Counted from the first letter of the stretch, positions 42,889 to 54,420 are shown. The stretch is DNA of 64,000 nt from Nitrosopumilus sp. (GCA_965205675.1 OZ242186.1:32001-96000); one strand, 5' to 3'. Made by a program: numbers and translations. Notes: generated by a model from the sequence alone, not told the origin.

Positions 42889-43764
42889 TTAAATTGCCTT
42901 TGCTATCACATTAGATATATCTACAACAGATGTTTTACCTGGAATTGTATTTGCACTAACAATTTTTGTAACTCCTGCTTTTTTAATTCTTTTTTCTGCA
43001 TCATTCATTAGTAATGCATGTGTACATGCAACATAGATTTTTTTACATTTTTGTTTTTTAAGAAATTGTGTAGCTTTCACAATACTTTCACCAGTACTAA
43101 TCATATCATCAACTAAAATCAAATCCCTATTCTTAACTACATCAACATTTTTTGTAATTATCTTTACTTTACCTGTTTTTCTATCTCTTTTCTTCATCAA
43201 TGCAATATATTTTGAACCTAATTCTTTTGCAAATTTTTTTACTCTATCTTCACCTCCTTGATCTGGTGATACAACAAGAGGGTTTTTCAGGCTCAATTTT
43301 TTGAAATATCGTACTAGTTCGGGAATTGCAGAAACATTCTTTGCTTTGATGGTAAAATGTTTGAATCCAATCATACTGTGAATATCAACTGCAATAATTT
43401 TTGATGCTCCAGCTCCTCTAAACAATTTCCCAAGAACTTTCATTGTTACAATTTCTCCTGGTAAAAATTCTCTGTCTTGTCTTGCATATCCCATATATGG
43501 AATCACTGCAATTACTTCTAATGATGTTTCTTTTACTTTTGTAATAAGTGATAGTGCTTGAATTAGATTTGTGTCAACTGGGGGATAAATCGATTGTACA
43601 ATAATTGATTTTTTTTTTGATATTTTTCCACTAAGAGTTATTTTACTTTCACCATCAGCAAAAACTCGAATTTCTGATTTTACAACATTTGCTTTTATTT
43701 TTCTAGCTAGTTTTCTTGCTACATCCTCAGAAGATTTTCCTGCAATCACTGATAATTTATTCAA
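42889..43764 (-). CDS. prs: ribose-phosphate pyrophosphokinase
   Basis: FADGE, PYMGYARQD, VSPDQGG, VDDMISTG. Confidence 0.96.
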   Translation of the reverse strand: MNKLSVIAGKSSEDVARKLARKIKANVVKSEIRVFADGESKITLSGKISKKKSIIVQSIYPPVDTNLIQALSLITKVKETSLEVIAVIPYMGYARQDREFLPGEIVTMKVLGKLFRGAGASKIIAVDIHSMIGFKHFTIKAKNVSAIPELVRYFKKLSLKNPLVVSPDQGGEDRVKKFAKELGSKYIALMKKRDRKTGKVKIITKNVDVVKNRDLILVDDMISTGESIVKATQFLKKQKCKKIYVACTHALLMNDAEKRIKKAGVTKIVSANTIPGKTSVVDISNVIAKAI

Positions 43765-43805
43765 TAAGAAATGTCAATTAATGGGATTCTTAAGTTTTGA
43801 GAAGA

Positions 43806-45548
43806 TCATTCATCTTCTCCACTTCCACGCCCAATATCTCCTAAACCATATCTGTCAATTATCTCATTTCTTTGGTCCTTCAGCTTGTCAATTTCTTCTT
43901 GTTCACGTTTTTCATCACCTTGGTATACTGTTCTAATTGGCCATGGAATTCTAACATCATATCTCTTGAATTCTTCATACATGATCATTCTCATATCAGT
44001 TTTAGTCTTGAATTGTGCACCATAATCTCTAACATAAACCCATAACGAAAAATCTAATGCAGAATCATTAAATTGATTAAATCTTACAACTGGTTGATTA
44101 ATATCTACATGAATATCTTTATCACAACCACAGCTTGATTGATTATTTTTTAAATAAGGACATCTAATTTGTCTAATAAGATGTCTGCCGTTCCTATCTA
44201 CTACTTCCTTCATCGCACGTTTACCAACTTTTACAAGAATTGCTGAAACTTGTTTAGGATCATTAAGATACGAAACACCCACATCTACAATAGCAGGCAC
44301 CATCTTTATTCCCTGAGTATAGTTAATCACCTGTGCATTAACTAATTGTCTTGTAGGAATTATTGCAATTGATTCGTTTAATGCATCCCTAAGATAGGTT
44401 ACTCTAGGCGTAATTTTGTGTACGTAGCCATTGTACCCAGTATCTAATTTTACACGCTCACCTTCTACAAATATCTTATCTTTTCGAATGAGAATATATG
44501 CAAAATAATTTTGCATGGTTTCTTGTAATGCTAATCCTAAACCAATTGCTAAACCTCCTGTAGCTGTAGCAAGTACAATTAAATCTATTCCCCACCAAGA
44601 CACAATTCCTAAAACTGTTGCAATAAAAATTCCAACTGGGAGAATTTGTTTTGCAGACTTTGGTATGCCTTCTCTTTTCTTTTTAGCATATCCTGGAGGA
44701 CGAGAACTAGGAATTAGTGGTTCATACCCATTTGTTCTTTTTTCCTCTCTCCAAACATCAATTGGAAATATCTCATCAGGTTTTGCACCTGGTTTTAATT
44801 TTCTTCCAGATTGATTACTACCAGTTATACAGTTTTGATAATATTTTTCATATTTTACACGCTCTGATTTTTTCCACTCTTCAAATGGATCATCAATTAA
44901 TTTTTCATATCCCCCAATTGGATTTCCTTTTGTAGTTCTAAACTGTTCTAATTCTAACATACCTTCTTCTGTTTTCAACATTTCTTTGAATTTTTCTTCT
45001 TCTAGTTCTTCTGGGGTAACATTTGGTGGAACCCATTTGTACAATTTATGAAATAGATCTCCTTCATCATCAATAAATCCCCTCATTTCAAACCATGCAT
45101 CAAAATCTTCTTTCTCTAAGGTAGATTTTTCTCGTTTTGTTAATCCAATTGGAACAAGATGAGAAATTGTATATCCTATTACTAAAATATTGAATGTGTT
45201 GAGAATCTTTGCAAATGTTTCTGCAGATGATATATTTTCACCATCGATTGTTGATAAATCCTCTCCAAACAAAACTCCTGTTTGTATATGTACATTAATT
45301 GCTGTGATTAGTGCAATCGCAAAAAATGGCAAAACTGCTCTACGTACAAATCGTGAAAAATGCGGTCTTTGATAATAAAATTTCTGAGAGCCAACCCAAG
45401 ATGAAAATTTTTTGTACCCAATAGCTATCCCAATTATCCCTAAAATCATTATTGAAAATGCAATTTGAAGTGATTCAGACGAAGCTATAAGCTGAGAAAC
45501 TGTTTCAAATTCACCTGCAGAAATTTGTGTCAAGTCTTCTTCAGCCAT
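43806..45548 (-). CDS. MscS-family mechanosensitive channel with a large insertion
   Basis: GGLAIGLGLALQETMQNYFA, VGVSY, FNQFNDSALDF, IPWP. Confidence 0.85.
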   Translation of the reverse strand: MAEEDLTQISAGEFETVSQLIASSESLQIAFSIMILGIIGIAIGYKKFSSWVGSQKFYYQRPHFSRFVRRAVLPFFAIALITAINVHIQTGVLFGEDLSTIDGENISSAETFAKILNTFNILVIGYTISHLVPIGLTKREKSTLEKEDFDAWFEMRGFIDDEGDLFHKLYKWVPPNVTPEELEEEKFKEMLKTEEGMLELEQFRTTKGNPIGGYEKLIDDPFEEWKKSERVKYEKYYQNCITGSNQSGRKLKPGAKPDEIFPIDVWREEKRTNGYEPLIPSSRPPGYAKKKREGIPKSAKQILPVGIFIATVLGIVSWWGIDLIVLATATGGLAIGLGLALQETMQNYFAYILIRKDKIFVEGERVKLDTGYNGYVHKITPRVTYLRDALNESIAIIPTRQLVNAQVINYTQGIKMVPAIVDVGVSYLNDPKQVSAILVKVGKRAMKEVVDRNGRHLIRQIRCPYLKNNQSSCGCDKDIHVDINQPVVRFNQFNDSALDFSLWVYVRDYGAQFKTKTDMRMIMYEEFKRYDVRIPWPIRTVYQGDEKREQEEIDKLKDQRNEIIDRYGLGDIGRGSGEDE

Positions 45549-45664
45549 ATATAATCACCATTCTAATCAAATCCATGTCCTAGAATACAAAGGTTAACCC
45601 ATATTATCATTATTTTTTGAAATTCTAAACAAATTATTTTCAAGTTCAAAAACTTTATGCCTAA

Positions 45665-46106
45665 AAGAGACGGATATTTACGGTAGATAATTCTACTCGA
45701 GGATGATGCAATACTAATAAACTCATTCCTGAAATTGGTAATTATTCTGTACTAGTGATATCGTTAGAAATTGCAGATATTGATAGATTCAACAACTCTT
45801 ACAAGTTATGTGCATATGCAGGAGTTGTCCCATCAATTACCAATTCTGCAGATACAATAGTCAGGGTACCATCACAAAACAAGAACGCATGACATTGAGA
45901 TGAGTTCTGACATATGCATATACACTCAAGCAGTACATACAAAGAATAGTGATATTACTAAATTTTACAATCGTATCAAAAAGAAGAGAAGATCATCCAA
46001 AGATGCAGTTGCTGCTGCATCAAAGATTCAACGAGTAGTTTATTGGATGTTGAAAGACAGGAGAGAGTTTATGGAATATTACAGTCAGGATTCCAAGTCG
46101 CGTTAA
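45665..46106 (+). pseudogene. IS110 transposase C-terminal remnant
   Basis: IPEIGNYS..EIADIDRF..KLCAYAGVVPS..NSA; FYNRIKKKR..AVAAASK. Confidence 0.85.
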
Positions 46107-46296
46107 AGTTGTTGAGGGACAAGGCCTTGTCTTCTAACTCTAAATAATCTTAATGAAGAGATGAGGAAGGTATTGAGAATACAGTCTTGGCATGGATACA
46201 TGTTTGCATATCTCTTGATTGAAATCATTCCCTAGCGAAAGCCATCTCTTGATGTTTGAAAAGAGAGGAAATGTATAAAAATAATTCACATGGATA
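46094..46296 (+). ncRNA. candidate IS110 bridge RNA, variant 3, plus right end
   Basis: Homologous to 29034-29232; internal CATGGATA (46191-46198) equals terminal CATGGATA (46289-46296). Confidence 0.6.
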
Positions 46297-46397
46297 CAGT
46301 TTGTTTCTGAATATGTCTCAAAGTATTCAGAATTTCTTGGTTCGTGCAATTGTATGCTCTACTTTTATTCTGATTTTTGACTATGTGGCTTGTTCTA

Positions 46398-46529
46398 TAG
46401 CGAGAAGCACAAGTTTGTGAGTTATTTTTTAGGTGTTTCAATTTGTTTATTCGTATTTACCTATAGGTAAGATCACCTGATTTCTAGTTTTTTGAAATTA
46501 TTTAGTTCACAAATTTTTGATCATTGTTA
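46398..46529. mobile_element. MITE family B copy
   Basis: Closely similar to 13494-13626 and TA-flanked. Confidence 0.85.
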
Positions 46530-46531
46530 TA

Positions 46532-46850
46532 CTCCTTTTGAGGAATAATCAATTCTTTTCATTTTTTTTCTTGTATGGCAAAACACTGGTTTGATTTGCA
46601 AAATTTTTTTCAATTCCTAAATATCTAAGATCATAAAATTGCAATAACCCTTCAGACAGTGTTAGGTGTTTTGATCTGTAGATTTCATAGCCATGATAAT
46701 TGCCAGGTGTATGAGATGGTTTATCAATTATCTTGCCATTCAGATTTCATATGATCTGATTCTGTACTATGTATTTCTTCTTTTTTCCTGAATAATGGTT
46801 CTTTCTGTTAATACGATCTTTTGGGATTGGATATTTTGTATCATGAACTA
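46532..46850 (-). pseudogene. ISL2-like transposase internal remnant
   Basis: NHYSGKKKKY..QNQI, FYDLRYLGIEKNFANQTSVLPYKKK, similar to 32370-32640. Confidence 0.7.
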
Positions 46851-46881
46851 ATTTGAGGATAATAGAATAATTTCTAGAAAA

Positions 46882-47720
46882 GAGTTACATAGAAATCATC
46901 AATATTTTACCTGATGATTCATTAAACTAACCATACAGATATCATCAAATATTCATCATTTTATGAAAAACAAATACCAACGCATGATTTCCCTCATGCA
47001 CCGGATTCTAAAGAAAATGAATGTTTCACTGTTTTTGCATCCAAAATCAAAACACACATTTTCAATACACCAAAACACATCATACTGCTAGATTGAGTGA
47101 CGTTTTACTGCATGTTGCAATTGGCAGATTCATTGGAATGATATCTCAGGGTGCAATATTTGCAGAAATTGATGCAACAGGATTTGAAAACAGACCTGCT
47201 AACACCATTACTATTCTTACAGATGCAATCTCAGGCATGTATTTACAAAAATGTCAGCAGGATCTGATATGAAATCCCAGTTGATTTGTGCAGTTGTGAT
47301 TCAGTACTATCCCGTATCTCATGATATCAAACATTTCCCAAAACCATTCTCTCAAATGTATGATGTTATTCCAATGAATACAATGGTGTTAGAGAAAGGA
47401 TATGATGCAGAATCAGTTCATAAGCAAATTAGAGATAAGAGAATATTCTCTCAATCATTCCCAGTTAGAGTGGATAATCCAATTTCATATACGCATGGCA
47501 AATATAGAAAACTGATGAGCAAAGAATTTGATGAAACATTGTACCATGAACGGAATAAAACTGAGACAGTATTTTCTGTAGTGAAAAGAAGGTTTGATTC
47601 TGAAATCAAATCATACAATGATGCTATGAAAACAGAGTTACTCTATCGAGTATCGGCGTATAATGTCATAGAATGTGTTTGATCTCTGCGTTAGTTTTAT
47701 GGATGATTTCTAGGAAGCCC
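46882..47720 (+). mobile_element. degenerate IS5-family (ISH1-like) element
   Basis: IDATGF, HDIKHF, KGYDAE, YHERNKTETVFSVVKRRF; degenerate IRs TAGAAATCATC / GATGATTTCTA. Confidence 0.75.
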
Positions 47721-47763
47721 AGAAAAGATAACTTTTATCAAGGGTGAATGTACTATTTACAAA

Positions 47764-49119
47764 ATGACCTATCAAGAATCAGTATGGGGTGATTCACCAT
47801 CACTAAAATCTTATACATTATCAAATTTTCGTACTCTTCCACAGATTCAAAATCTTTCTGAAGAAACTCAATTTGAAATGGAAGTGGTTGGAAATGTATT
47901 ACCATTTAAGGCAAATAATTATGTTGTTGAACAATCAATCGATTGGAATAATATTCCAAATGATCCAATATATGTTTTAACTTTTCCCCAAAAAGGAATG
48001 TTAAAACCAGAACATTACAAAAAAATGGAAACTACTTTAAAAAATAATTCTGATAAAAAAGAAATAGCAAATGTTGCAAATGAAATTCGTTTACAATTAA
48101 ATCCTCATCCAGCAGGACAAATGGAACTTAATGTTCCTGCATTGAAAGATGGTACCAAATTATATGGAATGCAACATAAATACAAAGAAACTTGTCTTTT
48201 CTTTCCTAGTCAAAGCCAAACTTGTCATGCATATTGTAGCTTTTGTTTCAGATGGCCACAATTTGTTGGAATGGATGAAATGAAATTTGCCATGCAGGAA
48301 GGAGAGCAACTATCTCAATATATTTCAGAACATCCAGAGATCAGTGATGTGCTTTTCACTGGTGGTGATCCAATGATTATGAAAGCAAAAATATTTTCTA
48401 AATATGTTGATACATTAATTGAATCAAAAATCCCAAATCTTAAAACAATTAGAATTGGAACAAAAGCTCTTTCTTATTGGCCTTACAAATTTTTGACTGA
48501 TTCTGATTCTGAAGAAATGTTAGATGTGTTTAGACGAATTACTGATAGTGGTTTACATCTAGCATTTATGGGACACTTTAACCATCTAAACGAATTATCT
48601 ACTGATGCTGTAAAATCTGCAATCAATGAAGTAAGAAAAACAGGAGCACAAATTAGAACGCAATCTCCATTATTAGCACACATTAATGATGATGCCGAAA
48701 TGTGGGCAAACATGTGGACTACACAAGTCCAATTAGGCTGTATTCCATACTACATGTTTGTGGTAAGAGATACTGGAGCTCAACATTATTTTGGTGTTCC
48801 TTTAATCAAAGCGTATGAGATTTTTAACAAAGCATATTCATCTGTAAGTGGATTAGCAAGAACCGTTCGAGGACCTAGTATGTCTGCTACTCCAGGAAAA
48901 GTTCAGGTAATAGGAACGACGCAATTAAATGATCAAAAACTGATAGTTTTGAGATTTTTACAAGGCCGAAATCCTAATTGGGTAAATGAACCATTTTTTG
49001 CAAAATACGATGAAAATGCAATTTGGCTAGATGATTTGAAACCTGCATATGATGATAAATTCTTCTTTGAAGATGAACTTGATGCTATCAAGGCATCAAA
49101 AGCTACTTCACTTCAATAA
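47764..49119 (+). CDS. KamA-family radical SAM 2,3-aminomutase-like protein
   Basis: HKY, CHAYCSFCFR, TGGDP, RIGTK, HFNH, PYY. Confidence 0.88.
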   Translation: MTYQESVWGDSPSLKSYTLSNFRTLPQIQNLSEETQFEMEVVGNVLPFKANNYVVEQSIDWNNIPNDPIYVLTFPQKGMLKPEHYKKMETTLKNNSDKKEIANVANEIRLQLNPHPAGQMELNVPALKDGTKLYGMQHKYKETCLFFPSQSQTCHAYCSFCFRWPQFVGMDEMKFAMQEGEQLSQYISEHPEISDVLFTGGDPMIMKAKIFSKYVDTLIESKIPNLKTIRIGTKALSYWPYKFLTDSDSEEMLDVFRRITDSGLHLAFMGHFNHLNELSTDAVKSAINEVRKTGAQIRTQSPLLAHINDDAEMWANMWTTQVQLGCIPYYMFVVRDTGAQHYFGVPLIKAYEIFNKAYSSVSGLARTVRGPSMSATPGKVQVIGTTQLNDQKLIVLRFLQGRNPNWVNEPFFAKYDENAIWLDDLKPAYDDKFFFEDELDAIKASKATSLQ

Positions 49120-49199
49120 TTTTATAATTTACCTGACTAATTTGACAATTCTATCTTACTAGATAACATTAGTAAAGAAATTCATTAAAAATATCAAAA

Positions 49200-50645
49200 T
49201 TGAACTTCGAACAAGTATTACAAGCTATTCAAGATGAAAATATCTCTTTCATAGATTTCTGGTTTGTAGATATTTTTGGTGAACTTCATAATGTTGGAAT
49301 GCCAAGCTATGCAATTGATAAAAACAGCTTTGTTAATGGTCTTGAGAAGTTAGATGCAAGTTCAATTGTTGGCTTTAAATCTGTAAATAATTCTGATATG
49401 ATTTTAATGCCAGATCCAAATTCTTTCAAAATTCTTCCCAATGATTATGATCCTGGTAATAGAAGAAATGCAAGAATATTCTGTGATCTCTATGACGGTA
49501 ACACAAACAAAGAGTCTAGATATAACCGAGATTCGAGAGGCATTGCACATAAAGCAGCAGAAAAACTTAGTGAATTTGGTTTTACTCATACTAATTGGGG
49601 ACCTGAAATAGAATTTTTTGTATTTGATGCAATCAATGTTTATCCATCACCATATGCTGCAACACATTCAGGAGGTGGTTCTGGTTACTCTATTGAATCT
49701 AAAGAATCACCATGGTCTAAAGGAAATGTAAGTACTGCTATAGATATCAAAGAAGGATACTATCCATCACAACCCAAAGATACCCTTGAAGGATTCAGAA
49801 AAGATGTATGTGATGACTTGTATAATTATTTTGGAATAAAAATTGAAGCCGAACATCATGAAGTAGCAACTTCAGGTCAATGTGAAATTAATTTAGTTTA
49901 TGATGAAATGATTGACATGGCAGATAATGTAATAGCTGTTAAGAATTTAGTTAAAGTCAAAGCTAAACGAAAAAATAAAGTTGCAACTTTTATGCCAAAA
50001 CCAATTTTTGGTGATAATGCATCTGCAATGCATACACATCAGAGCTTATGGAATGGGAATACAAATGCAATGTATGATAAAAATGATGATGTTGCACAAA
50101 TGAGTCAAACTGGAAGATATTATGTTGGAGGAATTCTTAGTCATGCATCGGCATTATGCGTAATTTCTAATCCTACGACAAATTCTTATAAACGCCTTGT
50201 TCCTGGATTTGAAGCACCTGTCAATGTATGTTGGGGATTAGCCAATCGTTCTACAGCAATTAGAATTCCAATGTATAATAGAAATCAGGAAAAGAGTAAG
50301 AGAATAGAATATCGTGTCCCTGATCCTACTGCAAATATCTATCTCTTAGAAGCCGCATTGTTACTAGCAGGATTAGATGGAATAAAAAACAAAATTGATC
50401 CTGGAGATCCAATTGAAGAAAATGTATACAAACTTTCTCCAGAAAAGAAACGAGAATATAACATTGGCTCATTGCCTGTTTCATTAAAAGGCGCACTTGA
50501 TTCACTACAAAGTGATTCAAAATTCTTAGAAGAAGTCTTTACTAATGATTTCCTAGATCAATATTCTGAGTTAAAATACAAAGAATATACTGCTTTTGCA
50601 CAAACTCCTACAGCTTGGGAAGTTTCAATGTATGCAGATGCATAG
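49200..50645 (+). CDS. glnA: glutamine synthetase type I
   Basis: DASSIVGF, GPEIEFF, HHEVAT, TFMPKP, NSYKRLVPGFEAP, RIEYRVPDP. Confidence 0.96.
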   Translation: MNFEQVLQAIQDENISFIDFWFVDIFGELHNVGMPSYAIDKNSFVNGLEKLDASSIVGFKSVNNSDMILMPDPNSFKILPNDYDPGNRRNARIFCDLYDGNTNKESRYNRDSRGIAHKAAEKLSEFGFTHTNWGPEIEFFVFDAINVYPSPYAATHSGGGSGYSIESKESPWSKGNVSTAIDIKEGYYPSQPKDTLEGFRKDVCDDLYNYFGIKIEAEHHEVATSGQCEINLVYDEMIDMADNVIAVKNLVKVKAKRKNKVATFMPKPIFGDNASAMHTHQSLWNGNTNAMYDKNDDVAQMSQTGRYYVGGILSHASALCVISNPTTNSYKRLVPGFEAPVNVCWGLANRSTAIRIPMYNRNQEKSKRIEYRVPDPTANIYLLEAALLLAGLDGIKNKIDPGDPIEENVYKLSPEKKREYNIGSLPVSLKGALDSLQSDSKFLEEVFTNDFLDQYSELKYKEYTAFAQTPTAWEVSMYADA

Positions 50646-50716
50646 TTGGTACAAATATCAATCAATTCATAGAAATCAATAGAACGTTTTTAAAATCAAA
50701 TTTAGTTTTTTCGAGT

Positions 50717-51373
50717 ATGAAATTAAGATTATTCATATTGTCATTGTTAGTATCTTTTGGTTTGCCCATAATCGCTTATGGACATACAGTTGATGCTCTA
50801 GGAGAATATAGAGTAGAAATTGGTTGGATGAATGAACCAGTTGTATCTGGGGAAACCAACGCAATCGAATTTCATGTAAATCCATTAATTCCTTGTTCAG
50901 ATATTTCCGAATTACTCAAATGTGCAGAATCACAAGAATTTAAAGATGGAATTTCAGATTTAAATGAAACAATAAAAATTAAATTAATTTACAAAGATGA
51001 TACTATTACACTTCCATTAGTTCCTGATCATAATATTCCAGGAAAATATTATGCATTTGTAAATCCAACTGTTTCTGGATTTTATCAAGTAAACATCTTA
51101 GGAACTATTGTAGATACTCCCATAAGTTTATCAATGCACCCTCCAAAAGTTGATGAGCGTTCTTACATAGAATTTCCCCAACCATCTGATATCACAGTAC
51201 AACAAATGATTGATGGACATACTGCATTAATTGAAGATGTCAGTGATCTAAAGGAATCAATTACCATTCTGGAAAATAAATCATCTAATAATATTGGTTA
51301 TGTTGGAATGATTGTTGGAATAATTGGAATTATAATAGCAATTTTTGCAGTTATAAAATCAAGAAGAAATTAA
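50717..51373 (+). CDS. secreted, membrane-anchored hypothetical protein
   Basis: Start moved to MKLRLF (signal peptide ending AYG-H); IGWMNEP motif; C-terminal TM helix. Confidence 0.7.
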   Translation: MKLRLFILSLLVSFGLPIIAYGHTVDALGEYRVEIGWMNEPVVSGETNAIEFHVNPLIPCSDISELLKCAESQEFKDGISDLNETIKIKLIYKDDTITLPLVPDHNIPGKYYAFVNPTVSGFYQVNILGTIVDTPISLSMHPPKVDERSYIEFPQPSDITVQQMIDGHTALIEDVSDLKESITILENKSSNNIGYVGMIVGIIGIIIAIFAVIKSRRN

Positions 51374-51472
51374 CAATTATATGAATTTGAGCCATGTTTA
51401 CCATATACTTGATATTCTATGTGTAATAACCTACAAGTGTAGGAATTTGAACAAATAATTTTGGTGTAATTT

Positions 51473-52630
51473 ATGGTTAAAAGTAATTATGATATTTTAG
51501 GAATTATAGAAGGTTCATCTAAAAAAGAGATTCGTGATGCATTTAGAAGATTAGCTCTTCAATATCATTCAGATCGTGGAGGAGAAAATGAACAATTTAT
51601 CAAAATTAAACAAGCATATGATGATCTAAAAATTGGGAAAAAATATCCGGAAACAGATAATGAAAAATTAAAAAACTCCAAAGTTTATTCAAGTGATTCT
51701 GAGGCTGATGTTAGAAGAAAAAACCAGATTTTAGGTCAAGAATTATTCAAAGAAATGAAGGCAGCTGAGGAATGGGCTGCAACACTGAATAGTTCAAACT
51801 CTACTGCGTCTAGACTATTTGGATCAAAGACTCTTGGTGAAATTGAATTAGAAAGAAAAGCTAATGGATCTTTATCTATTAAAGGAAATTTTATGGCAGG
51901 GAGTTTAACGTACGATGGCTCAATAGTAATGCAAGGTAGTGTTACAAGTCCATCTTGGACACAAGAATATCAAACAAATATTTGTCTAACCACTGGAGAT
52001 TTCAAATTTGTTAATCCATTAGAAAATAAATATAAAATTGATAACGGTGCTAAAATAATTGTAGAAAATGGTAATGTTGTTGTTGGAAATGTTTTTGGTA
52101 GAAAATTTCGTGTTGAAGATCCCCAAGGACGTATAGGCGTATTCCAAATACAAGAACATAGAACTCATATTTCAGCTCCAAATGGGAAAATTATTGCAGA
52201 AAATTTGATAAACACTGTTTTACTTGAAGCCGATTCAATTATAGTTCTTAATGTAGAAGATGATGTAATATTATCTGCAAGAGAAATTTTATTTTATGGA
52301 GGAAAATTTACTTATGACTCAGTTATTGAACTGAAAGAGGGTGGATTGATAAGATTTTTTGAGAATTTTTCTATTCAAGGTTTGAGTGGTGATGCAATAA
52401 TTAAACTTGAAAATGGTAAAAAAATCCGACTGTTTGATCTTAAAACTAAAAAAATAAAAGATTTGGCTGATGAACTTGTTCCCAATAAAGAAAATTACAC
52501 CAAAGATTCTACCATGGTAGGCAATGGATTTACAATTACATATGAAATGCTAGATAATCTATCATTGAAATCCATTAAAAAACAAAAGCAAGGATGGGCA
52601 TCAAAATTTAGATTCTCTAAAAATAATTAA
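51473..52630 (+). CDS. J-domain protein with beta-rich C-terminus
   Basis: NYDILG..IRDAFRRLALQYHSDRGG..F..IKQAY (HSD in place of HPD). Confidence 0.8.
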   Translation: MVKSNYDILGIIEGSSKKEIRDAFRRLALQYHSDRGGENEQFIKIKQAYDDLKIGKKYPETDNEKLKNSKVYSSDSEADVRRKNQILGQELFKEMKAAEEWAATLNSSNSTASRLFGSKTLGEIELERKANGSLSIKGNFMAGSLTYDGSIVMQGSVTSPSWTQEYQTNICLTTGDFKFVNPLENKYKIDNGAKIIVENGNVVVGNVFGRKFRVEDPQGRIGVFQIQEHRTHISAPNGKIIAENLINTVLLEADSIIVLNVEDDVILSAREILFYGGKFTYDSVIELKEGGLIRFFENFSIQGLSGDAIIKLENGKKIRLFDLKTKKIKDLADELVPNKENYTKDSTMVGNGFTITYEMLDNLSLKSIKKQKQGWASKFRFSKNN

Positions 52631-52677
52631 TTTTGATAACTAATTTAGGCATTAATTACTGATTCTTCTAAGTTTAA

Positions 52678-54420
52678 CTATGTTCTTCTAACTTCAAAAA
52701 TACTGTATCCATATTTTTCTTTCATCTCATTGGATGAAAATTCTATAAATTGATACTCATCAAAATTTTTCAAAATTTCATACATGTTGATTCCAACTAC
52801 CATGCTATTTTTTGGACATAATGAATTTATCTTAAAGCATCTATTTACTGTAGGTCCAAAAATATCTGAAATATTAGAAGTTGTACTTTTAGCAACTTTA
52901 ACAGAACCATATGTTATACTGATTTTATAATCTAATTCAGGCATATTTTCTGCGTTGAGCTGCTTTTTTAATTTATCATGCGAATCAATCATTGATAAAC
53001 AACATTCTAAAATATTTTTCATTACTGCAGAATTATTAGGATCAACCTTTGCAAATCTAAACATTAATGCATCTCCAATATTTTTTACAACTTCACCATT
53101 ATGATTCTGAACAATTTTTGCCATAAAATTTAGAAAAATCTCATACATTTTGGTGACACTTTCATCTGATAATTCGCTTGAGATTTTAGTAGAATCTTTC
53201 ATATCTATAACTCCCACACAATCATTTTGCACGTCCTGAGAAAATTTCAACAAGATTTCTTCTTGTTGTTTGATTACATCTTCTTTTTCTTTAATTTCTA
53301 TTAACGATTCTTCTAATTTTTGTGCCATTGAGTCAAATGCATGAGATAATTCCCCAATTTCATCACCCGTTGTAATGTTAGTTCTTACCTCAAAGTCTCC
53401 ATTTGCAATTTTATTAGCAGCATTTTTTAATTTGAGAATTGGTCTTGAAAGTGATTTCGATATTAAAAATGCAACAACTCCCATTCCTAATGTGATTGCT
53501 ATTCCCGTCTGAAATATCCTATCTTGAAGAATATCTATTGGTTTTTTCACTTCGGTTTGATCAATTTCTACAAGTAATACTATGCCTACGTCATCTATAC
53601 AATAAGATGCTCCATAAACTGGAACATTTCTATAATCTTTATAAAATCCTAAAAATTTTTCTCCTTCATTAAAACATTTTTGAACAGCTAAGGTATCTAC
53701 TTTCTTTTTGAATATTACATCTTCTATAAATCTAGATTCAGATAGCATCATTAATTGATTATTTACAATGTATACTTCACCAGATTCTCCCAAACCACTT
53801 CTATTAATCAAAACACTATCAATTGATGTTGTTCTCATTCTAGAAATTATTACACCTATTGCTTCATCTCCTTTTTTACTATCATCTGCAAAAATTGGTG
53901 AAACAACAATTATTTTTTTATTGATTTTTGCTGGTTCAAACTCGATAAAAGATTCGTTTAATCCCTTTTGAAAAAATGAATTTTTAGAAAAATCTTCATT
54001 TGTATTACCACTTAGAGAATAGAAAATTTTTCCGTTTTTGCCAATTATTTTTGTATCTTCAAATTCTATTGAAAATCCAATTAATTCTTGAAATGCTTGT
54101 ATTTGAATCAAAAAATCTCTGCGATTTTTTTCTTTGTATTGTTTTAATTCATTTTCAGGAACTTTATTCATTTCTGAAACCAATAATTGAATCATCGGAT
54201 CATTTGCAAGAATATTATTTTGTTCAATTCTTGACTCAAAAAGTAATCTTAGCGTTTCTCCCCGTATTGCTGATTCTCCAAACAACTGATCTTCTACTCT
54301 TTCTAGTAGAATTTGATCAGCATAGTTAAAACTAAGAAATCCTATTATTGAAAGTGCAATAACAGACACAATCATTACCAAAAAAATGAGTTTTTTATCT
54401 AGATTAATTGAGATTGACAT
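52678..54420 (-). CDS. membrane adenylate/guanylate cyclase-like protein with Cache and HAMP domains
   Basis: TM-dCache-TM-HAMP (DEIGELSHAFDSM); IDMKDST, VKNIGDALM, DIFGPTVN. Confidence 0.88.
   Translation of the reverse strand: MSISINLDKKLIFLVMIVSVIALSIIGFLSFNYADQILLERVEDQLFGESAIRGETLRLLFESRIEQNNILANDPMIQLLVSEMNKVPENELKQYKEKNRRDFLIQIQAFQELIGFSIEFEDTKIIGKNGKIFYSLSGNTNEDFSKNSFFQKGLNESFIEFEPAKINKKIIVVSPIFADDSKKGDEAIGVIISRMRTTSIDSVLINRSGLGESGEVYIVNNQLMMLSESRFIEDVIFKKKVDTLAVQKCFNEGEKFLGFYKDYRNVPVYGASYCIDDVGIVLLVEIDQTEVKKPIDILQDRIFQTGIAITLGMGVVAFLISKSLSRPILKLKNAANKIANGDFEVRTNITTGDEIGELSHAFDSMAQKLEESLIEIKEKEDVIKQQEEILLKFSQDVQNDCVGVIDMKDSTKISSELSDESVTKMYEIFLNFMAKIVQNHNGEVVKNIGDALMFRFAKVDPNNSAVMKNILECCLSMIDSHDKLKKQLNAENMPELDYKISITYGSVKVAKSTTSNISDIFGPTVNRCFKINSLCPKNSMVVGINMYEILKNFDEYQFIEFSSNEMKEKYGYSIFEVRRT

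Noticed and set aside
50615-50716. N-terminal extension of ORF 50615-51373
   Set aside because: Overlaps the glnA end; ATG at 50717 gives a clean signal peptide
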